From: Lingula anatina
Taxonomy: Eukaryota > Animalia > Brachiopoda
Direction of reading: 5' to 3'
NCBI GenBank assembly: GCA_051362555.1
Contig: CM120649.1
Span: 13,702,001 to 13,766,000, forward strand
DNA: 64,000 nucleotides
Under the pieces are notes generated by a model. That model saw only the letters and a program-made list of their open reading frames with translations, searched no databases and was not told where the DNA came from. Shown piece after piece: positions 48,001 through 60,408 of the stretch. The position numbers and the translations under genes are program-made. How positions within the stretch are numbered: position 1 is the first letter of the stretch; each line of letters opens with the position of its first letter.

Positions 48001-51000
48001 CGTTTCAAGTTATAAAATAATCAATCTTTTAAATTATTTAATATTTCAGATGAAATAATCTTCAGAAACAAATCCTCAAAGCATAAACGAATTAGGATAA
48101 CGAACCATTTTATTATAGCAGTTCCCATTTTTTCTTTAATATAACGCTCTTTTTCCCGGTTTTCCTCAACACGTTTTCTTCCACGGAAGCTTCAAGATAC
48201 CCTGAGAGCAATTTCTTTTATTAATGTTCGCGACCGTGTTTGAACTTCATTGTTTAAGTATTGATATTTAACGTCATTTACAAATACCAATAAAATAACC
48301 CCATGAAATAAATGAGATATACTGAAAAATATGAAAGCCCACCAAGACGAGTTTCATACCTGTTATTACCTGGCTTGGGAATTGCAGCGGTGCATAATTA
48401 ACAGGTTTGTTGTAAACGAGCTTTTGGTCAACTACAATGCATTTAAAATGCATCAGCAATCAGTAAGTTTGCCAACTGATGACAGTTAATCTGAAAGACT
48501 ACCAGCTCTTGATATGATCTAAACCACCTGAGGTGACCATGATCTAGAGCATCGCAACTATTGTCACCGAAGTTAGTAATAAGTCACGGAAGACCGTCAC
48601 AGACAAAGAAAGATTGTCAACGAGAGCTGCAATTTTGGTGAATCCCACGGCAACACACCGAGGCATAACGAAAATTCCTCAACTCCGTTCAACACAACTT
48701 TCCTTAACTTCTCCGTCTGTATGCACCTGCAGCTCAGTTGAGTCTCATAGACCTTTATCGTGATTGTCGTCACAGTACCACGTGACCCAGATCTGTTGCT
48801 TCATTTTTGCATATTGAGGTGAGGTTTACTAAAACGCTTTTTTTTCTACTAATAGATTGTTTTTATAATTTTTAAATGGCGGGGATCGATTAAAACATAC
48901 CTCTAGTGTATAGATTGAGTGCTGTATCTTCAAAATTCGAGAAATGGATTTTTACATGAACATTGTCCTTTAATTCACGACAGCAGCCGCGTGACAAATG
49001 TCAATCTTCTGTTACCAAGGTAACAAAAATCATTCACAAACCCCACGTTAATGTATGTAGGTGAATAGGCCCCTACAGTTAAACAGAATAAACGGTATGC
49101 GAGGGTCAAAATAAATGAGAGAATGTCATTTACCCTTGGGACTCCCACAAACTGCCCACTACCTTACCTTGTGTCCACTTGGTGGCGCTGATGGCCGGAA
49201 GGCACACATTGTTTGTGTCAGTCGGGTCATGGTCTCCAGCACTGTAACATTTACCGTTGATGTGACAAGAGTTTGCCTAAAATGTTAAATTATATCTGAG
49301 TGGTTAATGCTTCATTTACGATGAATAAGAGATATAAGTGAAATGCGTCCCTGCAATGACCATTGCTAAGATATTCGGGGAACAAACTACTCCCCCGCGA
49401 AGGCACATTTACATCACGCATAATAGGCCCAACATAGGCCCCATTCAGACTGGATGACCCGAGTAATTATAATCCGTGTGGAGGCGGGGAGACCATCAGG
49501 AATCAGCGGCATCGCTTTTGAACTGTGGTCGGTCATATTAAGTCGGCGGGTCAGTAAACACTCGGATCATCCATTCTGAATGGGGTCATATTTAGTCCAT
49601 GTATGATAGCTTTCATTAAATTTGAGTTCTTTAACTAGGAAATGTAATTGATGAAAATACATACAGCTCTTTTCCCGGTACATTAATTTAAGCATGACAT
49701 TGAATTCAATTGTCAGTTAAAATAAAAGAGGCACGGATATCCTCCATTGAATATAACTGTGTAATTGAATGGGATGTAACTGTGTATTACATTGATCGTG
49801 CACACTCCCTTCTCCGTACAATTCTGGCATAGGGAGTCGTAGATTACAAACATGACGTCATTGCTCCAGCGATTGTTGTCAAACGTGACTGACACATGGT
49901 AGGCGTGGCTAGCCACTGTGCCTGGAAATAGGGAAATGGAGAAGTGAGTAAGCTAGAGACAGTTCACCTTCATTGTCATATAGAGAGATACAGGTATATG
50001 TTCATTTACGTACTGGTGCAAATAACAATTACAGAATGGTAATGCGCCAATTGTATTATTGTATTATATTGCAAAAGGTGGTGATAATATAAGTGCAGAA
50101 ATGGATTGAAAATTTTGCCATCTAAGATATGCCAACTGATTAGTCACGTTGGAGTTAATATTCATGCAACCACTGTATCGTTCGCAACGACAAAAGCCGA
50201 TGTTTTTCTAAAATGTTTAAAATCTCTACCTTTTGGTCCTGATTGTTTTTAAAATATACCTTTATGTGCTGGTGACTCTGGGATCTCACAGGAGACCTCG
50301 GCATAGTTCTGGAAGTCTGCCTTGGAGTACGCTACGTTTCCTCCGATAGTGTTCACTTTTCCGTTCACAATCTGCGATACGTAATTTTGCCAATAAACCT
50401 CTAGTGGTTTAAGTTTCATTAAATTCAATCTAGACGCAGACTTATTTTGATCTGATTTGAAAATGTAAGATCACATGCTTATCAGAATTAAGTCTCTGAA
50501 CAGTTAATTCTAGTTATTTGAAAATATTTCTGCTGTACAATGTCATCTGCGTGTGTTTCTAAGACACTTGTTTTCGGTTATCAAAAGTATTAACACACGT
50601 ACAATGAACAAATATAAAGTAAGCAAAGAAAAAAATGAAACTTTAAAATACCGTGAGATCTTTAAGGCGACATTTTAACTTGGACGTATCAGCAATGTTT
50701 TCTATATCCAGGAACGTCAGGCGACAAGGGCGCTTCCTTATATCACATGCTTCAGGTCTGGGGATAGAGATAATGATGCAATAATTCCCAAAGTCAGAGA
50801 AATAAGTCTTCTATAATTATACCGTAGCAACACAACGCATTCTGGCCATGGGGTTACAACGCCGCCTCATTGTTTTACATTTAGTCACGTGAAATTTCTG
50901 GACAAGTGTGAGAGCAGCAAGCGAAATCTAGCTTTGCAAACGACAGTTTACTACAAACGCTTCCAGAATATCAATGGTACACAAATTGAAATCGACACTC

Positions 51001-54000
51001 TTCCAATCACCCATTGCTAATGACATTGCCCTGTTAATTTATATTTGAGGACTTTAAAAAGAAATCCAGCAGGTTAATATTTTACCTGGTTAAACCTAAT
51101 GCTTGTGGTGGTTTGGTCGCGTCAACAGAACAGTCCTCACCGACCCAGTTATTGTTGCACACGCATGCGCCGTTAGAGCACCTGCCGTGCTGACAAGGCG
51201 TGGTGCACAAATCAGCAGTCACAAAGGCGGGCATTATCAGTGTTCCTGGAATAGCAGGGTATACGTGAGATAAGCTGTTTTTACGTGTTTATATCTGCTA
51301 GTATACATAGCAGTGTGCACGTTGAATGAGTCAAATGTACATAGTGCTTTGCAACATGGCGTTACAGGAAAGTTCTGACATGAAATACACGTGCAATGTT
51401 GCTTTTATTATTGTTCTCGGTTTGCAAATACCCATCGCTTATTTTTTCGTGACAATAATATACATGTACTAAATACATGTATTAAAAAAATGAAATCGAT
51501 ATTCAAAACTGCTTAGATGAGGTATTTTATCTGAAGACCTTGTGATGGCATATCCATACGTGATGCCTTTTTGCCATGCGGCTTACACTGGTTTTCACTA
51601 TGTTCGTTTCGATAATGTAAAATATTGTAAAGGCATATACGATCAATAAATAAAGGAAAAGTGCTGATAAAAGCGAGAGACATTACCAAGAATATTAAAA
51701 TGCGATAGAAATATAATCAAACTAAACGAAACGCTACCGTCTGTGGCGTTTTTGGTATAAGAATTTGGGTCCTTGAGCACCTTTTCCTGGCACGTGTTTT
51801 CGAAGGCAGTGACAACAGAGGACAGAAACTCCGTGTCTCCATCAGATATCTGAAAAATATATCAGTTTGACCGTTTCGAACGTGCCGGTAACCTGCATAT
51901 GTATATGACTCCCAAGTGTACAGCACTCTAGCAACACAAGGCTTCTATATTTTAAATCCTTCAGCTGCATCACTTTTTAATTAAATGTCTCAGACCAATT
52001 TTATTCTTACTCCTTTTAGAAGGTAAACACAATGAAGCTTTTATATGGCAATCTACTACTGGTATTGTATATTTTATATATCTATTGCTAGATAAATCTT
52101 TATCTCATCTTATTTTAGTATATCGAGAAAATACTTTTACGCATATGAATCTGACGTTATTTTCAAATTATTGATATACTGGTAATATTATCATATTAAT
52201 CTTTCAGTTTTCTAGCTAGTGTTCGCAGTGACACCTAGTGTGATAATCCAGGCCTCGTGAATAAACCGAAACCTTGACTAAAGTTCGGCATGATAATACG
52301 TGTTAATAAGATAAACTTTAATGAATATGACTACCTTCATGTCGTCCACGCATCCTCCTACGATTTCGTTGACGTCTATTTTCCCTGTGGCTAGGCATTG
52401 GGTGTACGCGCTAGACGACTTAGCAGCGTCTGTACACATCTTCAGCGCGACAGCTTCTGTGAGACCGCTCTTTGTGGGCCACGTAGCGGTGAGCGTTGGG
52501 GAATCTAGAGCAAATAGAGAATACATTTAAACATTTGTTTTGTTTTTTATAAAATTGCATTTCACCCTTTTATGATTCTAAGCAAAATGATCACATTATT
52601 TTTATACTCTTATGTCAAAAATTTTCTCCGATCGGTCGGACAAGAGGCCTTAAGGAAATCAAGAGAAAATGAGAAATGCATGTCTTTTATCGTTTTCTGT
52701 TCATTTTATCAAGTTTTACGATTATTATTATTATTATTATTATTAAACCACACATACTTGACGAAATCCATTCAAAGTAAACATGCAAAATAGAATGCAA
52801 ATGCGTCTGTACAAAGCATTCATTCGTTCACAATGTCAAAGAACATAAATTTCCTGCCAATCGTTTTCTGAATATCGACACTCACTTGGGTCTCCGTAGT
52901 CGAAGTTGTACTGGAGGTCGCCGTCAGTGTCTGTGTCTACAAACGTGGTGGTTCTGCGCAAGCGCGATCCTCGGTTCAAAAAACTGGTGATGTCGATAGT
53001 CCTGCTAGCCTGTATGTGTATAAGTAAACCAATGATTTATCATCATGGTAATGAGGTAATCGTGGGTTATGTTGATAAAACATGGGAACTGAAATTACTG
53101 CTTGCAAACACTGTAAGCAAACATTGCAATGATGGGCGTACATCTGCTTTCATTACATGTGGCTGGTATGCAGTCTGCCATTGCTGCCGTGAGTTGCAAC
53201 ATCTACTTACGGGATATCACATTCAACATCTATTTACGGGATATCACATCCAACATCTACTTACGGGATATCACATCCAACATCTCCTTATGGGATTTCA
53301 CATTCAACATGTATACTTACGGGATATCATATCCAACATCTACTTACGGGATATCACATCCAACCTCTACTTCGGGAGATTACATTAAACATCTGCTTAC
53401 GGGATATCACATTCAACATCTTTACGGAATATCACATTCAACATCTACTTCGGGAGATCACACTCAACATTCACTTACGGAATATCACATTCAACATCTA
53501 CTTACGGAATATCACATTCAACATCTACTTACGGGATATCACATGCGAAACTTTGTACATTAAGCTTTTGTAGTCGACTGTAGAGGAAAGCTGCAATAAG
53601 TTAGGAAGTTTTCTTAAAATGTCCCATTGTCAGAGGAACATTCCATTGCGCATACTGATAGCAAAGTGAAGATGTGGAAACATTTGCATGAATACAACAT
53701 AAATGGATATTTAGCATCGCATTTGACAAGAAAAGTATAATAGCAACTTACACGTCTGATGGGATTGTTCTGTCTGTTCTCAGGGCGACAGTCAATTTTA
53801 TTCTCCTGTCTATTACACTGACAGTACATAGGCTTCTTGGGAGGTTCAGGGTCTTTGGGAGGCAGTCGGTCGAACAGGCTCTGCCCTCGTGGAACCCTGA
53901 AGAATGAGATACACTTATGAATGAGCCCAGTTGAGTGAGTTTCAGAAACGAGGAGACCCGGCTTCATCATTTTCATATTTCCATTGCAGTGCACATATTA

Positions 54001-57000
54001 TTGAAAAAGAAACTTGGAAGCAAGCAAAATATTGACGTTTTGCAACATATTCATGTCAATATAAAACACGTATATGTATGCACATTCAGAACAGATGATC
54101 CGCGGACTTACTGACTAAATCAATGCTCTTATTGACTAAACCAGTTCTCTTACTGACTAAATCAATGCTCTTACTGACTAAATCAATTCTCTTACTGACT
54201 AAACCAATTATCTTACTGACTAAACCAATCCTCTTACTGACTAAACCAGTTCTCTTACTGACTAAATCAATTCTCTTACTGACTAAACCAATCCTCTTAC
54301 TGACTAAACCAGTTCTCTTACTGACTAAACCAATTCTCTTGCTGACTAAACCAATTCTCTTACTGACTAAACCAGTTCCCTTACTGACTAAACCAATTCT
54401 TGGAGCTGAGATTTAATCTGTTTAATGGCACCTGTGGAGACGAGAAGACCATCACGGCATGAAACGGCGTTGCTTTTAGGTTCGGTAGGTCATATTTGGT
54501 TCGCGGATTATCTGTTCTGAATATGCTCAATGAAAGAGAAAGATGGACCGGAGACTTAATGGCAGCAAATAATTATATAACAAATAAAAAGAAAATAAAA
54601 CCGTTTATGCTGTTGTTTTATTGCTTTGGTCGATTAAAATATTCTTAATGGAGATAATCGAACCTCCAGCTTTCCGTGAACTGTCTTGGCACCGAGATGT
54701 ACTGTGAGTACGTCAGTCCGTTAGGAGAGGTGAAATCGTCGCCGGAGTATTTGTTAAAAATGCCGCATAAACCGCTGGTGTGAGCATAGTCGTCGCTGGG
54801 TACCGTCATTGTGGCGTCCAGATATTTGGATTTCACATCAACCTTGATAGCAGTCCCCGACGGAAAGAATATCTGGTTTGGCGAATAAATCGATTGTCAA
54901 CTTTAGCAACACTAATATACATATGATAAAAGGTGGTTTTTATTTGATAATTATATTAAGTCATTTATTTACTGGTACTTTTTCATTGATTCACTGCTTA
55001 TTAGATATGCGGAAGTCTTTATCTCTTTAAACACCCGTTCTTGTGCAAAAGTAATACACCAAGGTTGGCAAAAAGGACATCGATTAAAATATTAGATAGC
55101 TAAGTTAGCACCTCGATCAGTTTTCCACTGCTGTCACGCTTTATCAGAGTCCCATTAGCCAGCTGGTACGGGGACTTAACATAATGCTTCACACGCATGT
55201 GATTAACGTTACTGTGGCAGGCGTCAACCACTATGACGTCATTGCCCTCCCTTGCTGACAAGCCGCAGATACAGCTTGCACGGCCGTTACAGTACCACGT
55301 TCGTATGTGAACCTTAATAAAAGGAATATCGCTGTTACTGATATAATGATATTGATACGATGAGTCTTGAAGTAATTAGTCTGAATCAAAATTATTACAG
55401 CAGGAATGACATTTGCCTCTTACACAATAGCTGAAGCCTGCTTAAACTGATGTGTATTAATAATTTGAAAAGAGAGACAAAGTGCGAATAAGAAGAGAGA
55501 GAATCGGGGAACGAGGGGGAGGCAAAAGAACATATTACCCAAAATACCACGCATCGACTTGATTTAAACCCGGTTTACAGATACTAGCAGAACACCCTGG
55601 CGGAATTACCGTAAATAACTAACAATGTGCACGCATTTTTTTTTTAATTTTCTGAACGTAGTGGTATGCGGTGCTTCATGCAATACGGCACTCAAGTAAC
55701 CATTACTATTATATTATATTATTGTAACTCATATTTCTCGATGAACTCAAGTAGCAGCAAGGCATATAAAGATATTGAAAGACATTATGGTTAAAAGCAA
55801 CGTAGAAAATAATAAAATATTAATAACAGATATTATCATTATCAGTAAGAACTGAATAAAAAAAAACAATAAACATACCTCAAAGGGCCTCACATTACTT
55901 TTGGCCATAACATACTCGCCAGCCTCGTAAAAATGGAAGTATCTGAAATGGATAGATGCTTGTAAAACTGTTCGAATATATGATGACTGAGCGCAAGCGT
56001 CTCGATTCCATAACTCGAGATTTACCCGCCCCATATGGGCCTCGATTTAAAAGGTGATTCGCAATACGCGATGCTTTCGAGTTACGGAGCCCAGCGCGTC
56101 CAACGGAAGTCCAAAGCAAGAACGCTGTGTGACAGGAAAGATAGTCCGCTAGGAACCGTAGTCCGCCTTTGATTACTGTGTACAGGTGACATTCGTTCAA
56201 CACACTAACTCAATACTCCGACTTACCGTAACCTGAACTGATCATATGAGACCCCGGACTTCTATTCCATGGACTACCTTTCTGTCACACCGGTAATTTA
56301 ATAATAGCATGTTCAGTATCTATAATTGTACAGTCAGAATCATAAACTTCGCATTGTCTAATTAAATGCATACTAAGCATTTTGAATAATTTAATTAACA
56401 AATGTCAGGTAAAACATTTCACGAACGTTACTTTTATGCAAAATCTTATTTTCAGCGAGCTTACTTTTTTCTATCGAAGGCAGTGCAGTGAGGGTCTCCA
56501 GTGCACTTGCAGCTGTCAGTGTCCGTGTTGATGCTTGTGATCTGAGCGGTAAGAGAGAGGCAAAAACTTCAGTTCATACCTCGACAAGTCAACAAACTAG
56601 GTTTTGTTACGTGGGATATATTCTCAGTTTACAAGGAAAAACAACTGTAACTGTCGACCTGAAACAGAAGACCTGACAGCGTAGAATTGGATTCAAAGTT
56701 CTAAGGCAATGCGAGGGTCCCTATGGTTCATATAACTAGCTGTCTAGTGATGTTTGTTGCACGGTTTTGGGCGCTTCCCTGTCCTACTTTTTAAAATGTG
56801 ACATCACTTACGTAATTTCCCGTTCAGTTTGATTGGTGACGTCAAGAAAAGAAACAGAAGCCACGCCCCTCACCTGGATACTGGGTGGCTGGTACTGGTG
56901 AAACAGGGGGGTCTGGAAGGCGGAGAGTTTCTGGAATACGGCAGACACCTGCTTGGTGCCGTCGGTGACAAAGTCCCTGACTGCCAGTAGTTTGGTTGAC

Positions 57001-58023
57001 ACCGCGGCCTGCTTGGCTTTGGGATCCCAGTGGGATCGCTTCAATTGAAGAGAGCATTCCTCGGCGACCACTTCGTTAGCTGTGTATAAGGAGGGGATCG
57101 TTATGTTTTGGGTTATAGACGGTTATTAGCATTTGGTACCGGTATACGTTATATTCAAAATACAAAAGAGCGCATTTCTCAGTGACTATTTCGCTAGCTG
57201 AAAACGAGGAGGGCGCCGTTATGGTTTGGGTTATGAATGGCCATTAACATTTGGTATCGGTATATATTATATTTTAAATACAGGAAATATATCATACGAC
57301 AAAGGAGATGTCTGTGTGTGTATGTTTGCGAGTGCATGCTTGTATGTGCACCTAAATGTGTGTATTTCAAAGATGCAACAGAATCAGTACCTTTCCCTAA
57401 ATCCAGATTGAAGTCAACGAGGCACTTGTCGGGGTGGGCATTCGGGGTTTTACAAAGAATGGGAATCGTTGAGATCAGTTTGACTTCCACTTCTTTACTC
57501 CTTTCGTTCACCTGAACCTTCGACGGGTCCGTCTGCAACAGAACATTTCAAGTAATAAATACATTGATACTTCTGTATAAGCTTTTCATTCTCAACAATA
57601 GATGTCACTCATGTCCAGCTATTCGGAATAAAGAAATCCTCTTGACGCGTGTGATTAACCACTTTAAGATACGTCTTAGATGTAACTGAGGAGCCCGAAC
57701 TGTGTGGATCTTTAACCCATGGTCATCAGGTAAAAGTGGTAAGGGTATAAAAAAACGGCTTCATTATTTCTAAAGCAAACGAAGGTTTTACGAGGGAAGG
57801 TTGATCCCCGCTCCCTCCAAATTCGCACTTACACCCAAACCATTCCATATGTAAGATTAGCTCGTTTGCTTGCCGTAAATATACATGTATTACCTAAAAA
57901 ACAACAAATGTGTACTATTATACCTGCATTTCCAGCAGTGGTCACATTTAAAAAGGTAGCAACTGTTAGAATATGGAGTCGAACAGTGACGCATCCAAGA
58001 GTTTCGACCACGATCATCTCTCA

Positions 58024-58058
<35 letters not shown>

Positions 58059-58603
58059 TGACATCACACCCATATCTTACCTTTATGCCAGCAAAGTAGT
58101 GGTTACTCTCTATGGCAGGACTCTTACGGTTTGGAGCATTCAGGAAGTACGCCTTCACTCGGCAGCTCACCTGTAATGCAACATAAGGCAGTCTAACGTA
58201 TTTACAAATGATTATTTCATTGTTTGTTTTATTTTATGCGCGTGTTTGTAGGACGTAAGTAGTTTTTTTGGTTTATCTATTTGTTTCGACAATGAACCTG
58301 TTCATACATATATGTGTTGTAAGGGTGGTTAATAACTACAATGAGAACCAATATATATATAATCCATAGAAGTTTTCACTATGAAGTATTCAACAAAAAA
58401 ACGCGACATCGGGGACACTTACCACCTTGTTCAAATGATGTGAGGCGGGTAACATGTGGATGTCTTTCATGTAGTGGACACGAGTGGTTCCGGTCACCTG
58501 CTGGGGTCTGGACATAGGGGACACGGGAGACGGCTTGTGGTCAAATAACCTGAGGATTTATTTAGACCCAACGGCGTTTTTGTTAAATTTTAAACCAGTA
58601 TAG

Positions 58604-58652
<49 letters not shown>

Positions 58653-60364
58653 TATATTTAAACCAGATATAGTTAACGAAACCATATGAAGCAATGACAT
58701 TTGTTTATATAACTTTAAGGCACAAACTAAGCATAGGGCAAAAGACAAAATAATGCCAGCACTGAGTCTAACTTCAAAAGTCACATTCTCTTGTGACGTC
58801 AAATAGTCTATTCTATGTTCACGTGACACGCGCACGTAATACGCACCACTCAATCTCGAATCCTACATTTTTGTCAGTGGTTGTGTAAGGTATGTTGCAT
58901 CCAAAGCGGAATTCCTCCACTCCCTGGGCATTCTTCACGATCTCCGGGCCGCTGAGCGTGGGAGCAGTTTTAAGAGAGGGATAGGCAGCTGTCGAAATAA
59001 GAAACGGATAATAGTGGAACAATTGTTTTTATAAATAAAAAAAACGAAGACATATTCTCGATATATATATTCATGTGTATACAATTACACATCATTCTTA
59101 GATGTCCATAAACTGTGTAAAAAGATTCAATACTGGCTTAAACTAAATTTTAAAGTAAAAATTTCATAGTAAATTTCATAGTTCTTAAACGATTAATTAA
59201 GCAGGGCAAAATTGGGGGTCAGGGCGTAAAAACTAGAGCAGGGCATAAATAAAGCGACAGGGCATAAATGATGTGTTCAAATACAGAGCAATATACGTAC
59301 GTTGACAAGGTGGCTTTCCTGTAGGGGAGTACATACCCACTGGACAACCTTGACTGTCATCTAAAAGGGAAAGGTTAAAATATTCAACAGGATTCACTAC
59401 AGATTCGGAATTGTGTTGAGTTTATTATAAAGAGACATCCTTCTTAGGCTGCATTTCGAACAGTGGACTAACTAGTCCGCGGATCAAATATGGCGACCCA
59501 CTAAAATTCTTGCCGCTTATCTGCTAATAGACACTGAATAGATTCTCCATGGGGAAGTATTTAAGTTGGTCGGCCATATTTGACCCGCGGACTAGTGAGT
59601 CCACTGTTCTGAATGCAGCTTTAATGGCCTTTCTGTCTTTCTAAAAAAAGCCGATTACTCTCAACTGGAAACCGGGTTATATACACTCGACCACAAAGTT
59701 TAGAAACGTGAAATTGTTTTTCGATAATTAAAAAAACTGTGTAATGTTGTGGGAAATCTTCAGAGTATATTAAAAAGTAACGAACGGTTGGTGCATTATC
59801 CATCAATATTTGGTTAAATTATTTACTTTAGTTCATGTGGTTGTTTTCAAATTATTCAAAATAACGATGTTTCCGAACTTTTTTGGTCGAGTGTACTGTA
59901 CAACATGAACTACATACAACCACTGAACGTCATGAAAGATAAGTTCGCCGTGCTCGCATATCAGTTTCATCCTCCGATAAACCATGGGTATCATGGTTGT
60001 CTATACAGCAAACTTTAAGGATAATGACCTGTGAAGCGATTATCAAGTGGCATATCTTCATTAGGTGGTGTTTTACCCCCTTCAGGGCCGCAAGGGACAC
60101 ACACATCACTGAATATCTAGTGAAAAGTCAGTGGTGGTCTATGAGAGCGTTCAGATAAACCCATCGTACTAGTTGGATCGATCCAACTCAGCGGGAGATT
60201 CTGCCTAAGTGCAATCACTGTAATCGGCTTAAATGCCTGACACGCCTCCTCGAGTTGCTAGGGGATAATTAATAATTAACTAGCTACTCAAGAAGGCGTT
60301 TCGGGCAATTAAGCTGAGTACACTAAATGCACTTTAGCGAGAGTTGCCTCGATCCAGTTGGTAC

Positions 60365-60408
<44 letters not shown>

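Noticed and set aside
48470-48515. CTGATGA...GAAA hammerhead-like string
   Set aside because: Stems I-III have only 2-3 bp each and there is no retroelement context; consistent with chance.
53129-54416. Repetitive ORFs (YLRDITSNI)n, (HLLTGYHIQ)n and (LLLTKPI)n, and a CRISPR-like look
   Set aside because: They arise from intronic minisatellites with unit lengths divisible by 3; there are no unique spacers or cas genes and the DNA is eukaryotic.
56228-56300. Candidate extra VWDE-like exon ending at a strong GTAAGT donor
   Set aside because: The acceptors tried give a stop or incompatible phase; the flanking exons join directly in frame (FDRKKYFHFY).
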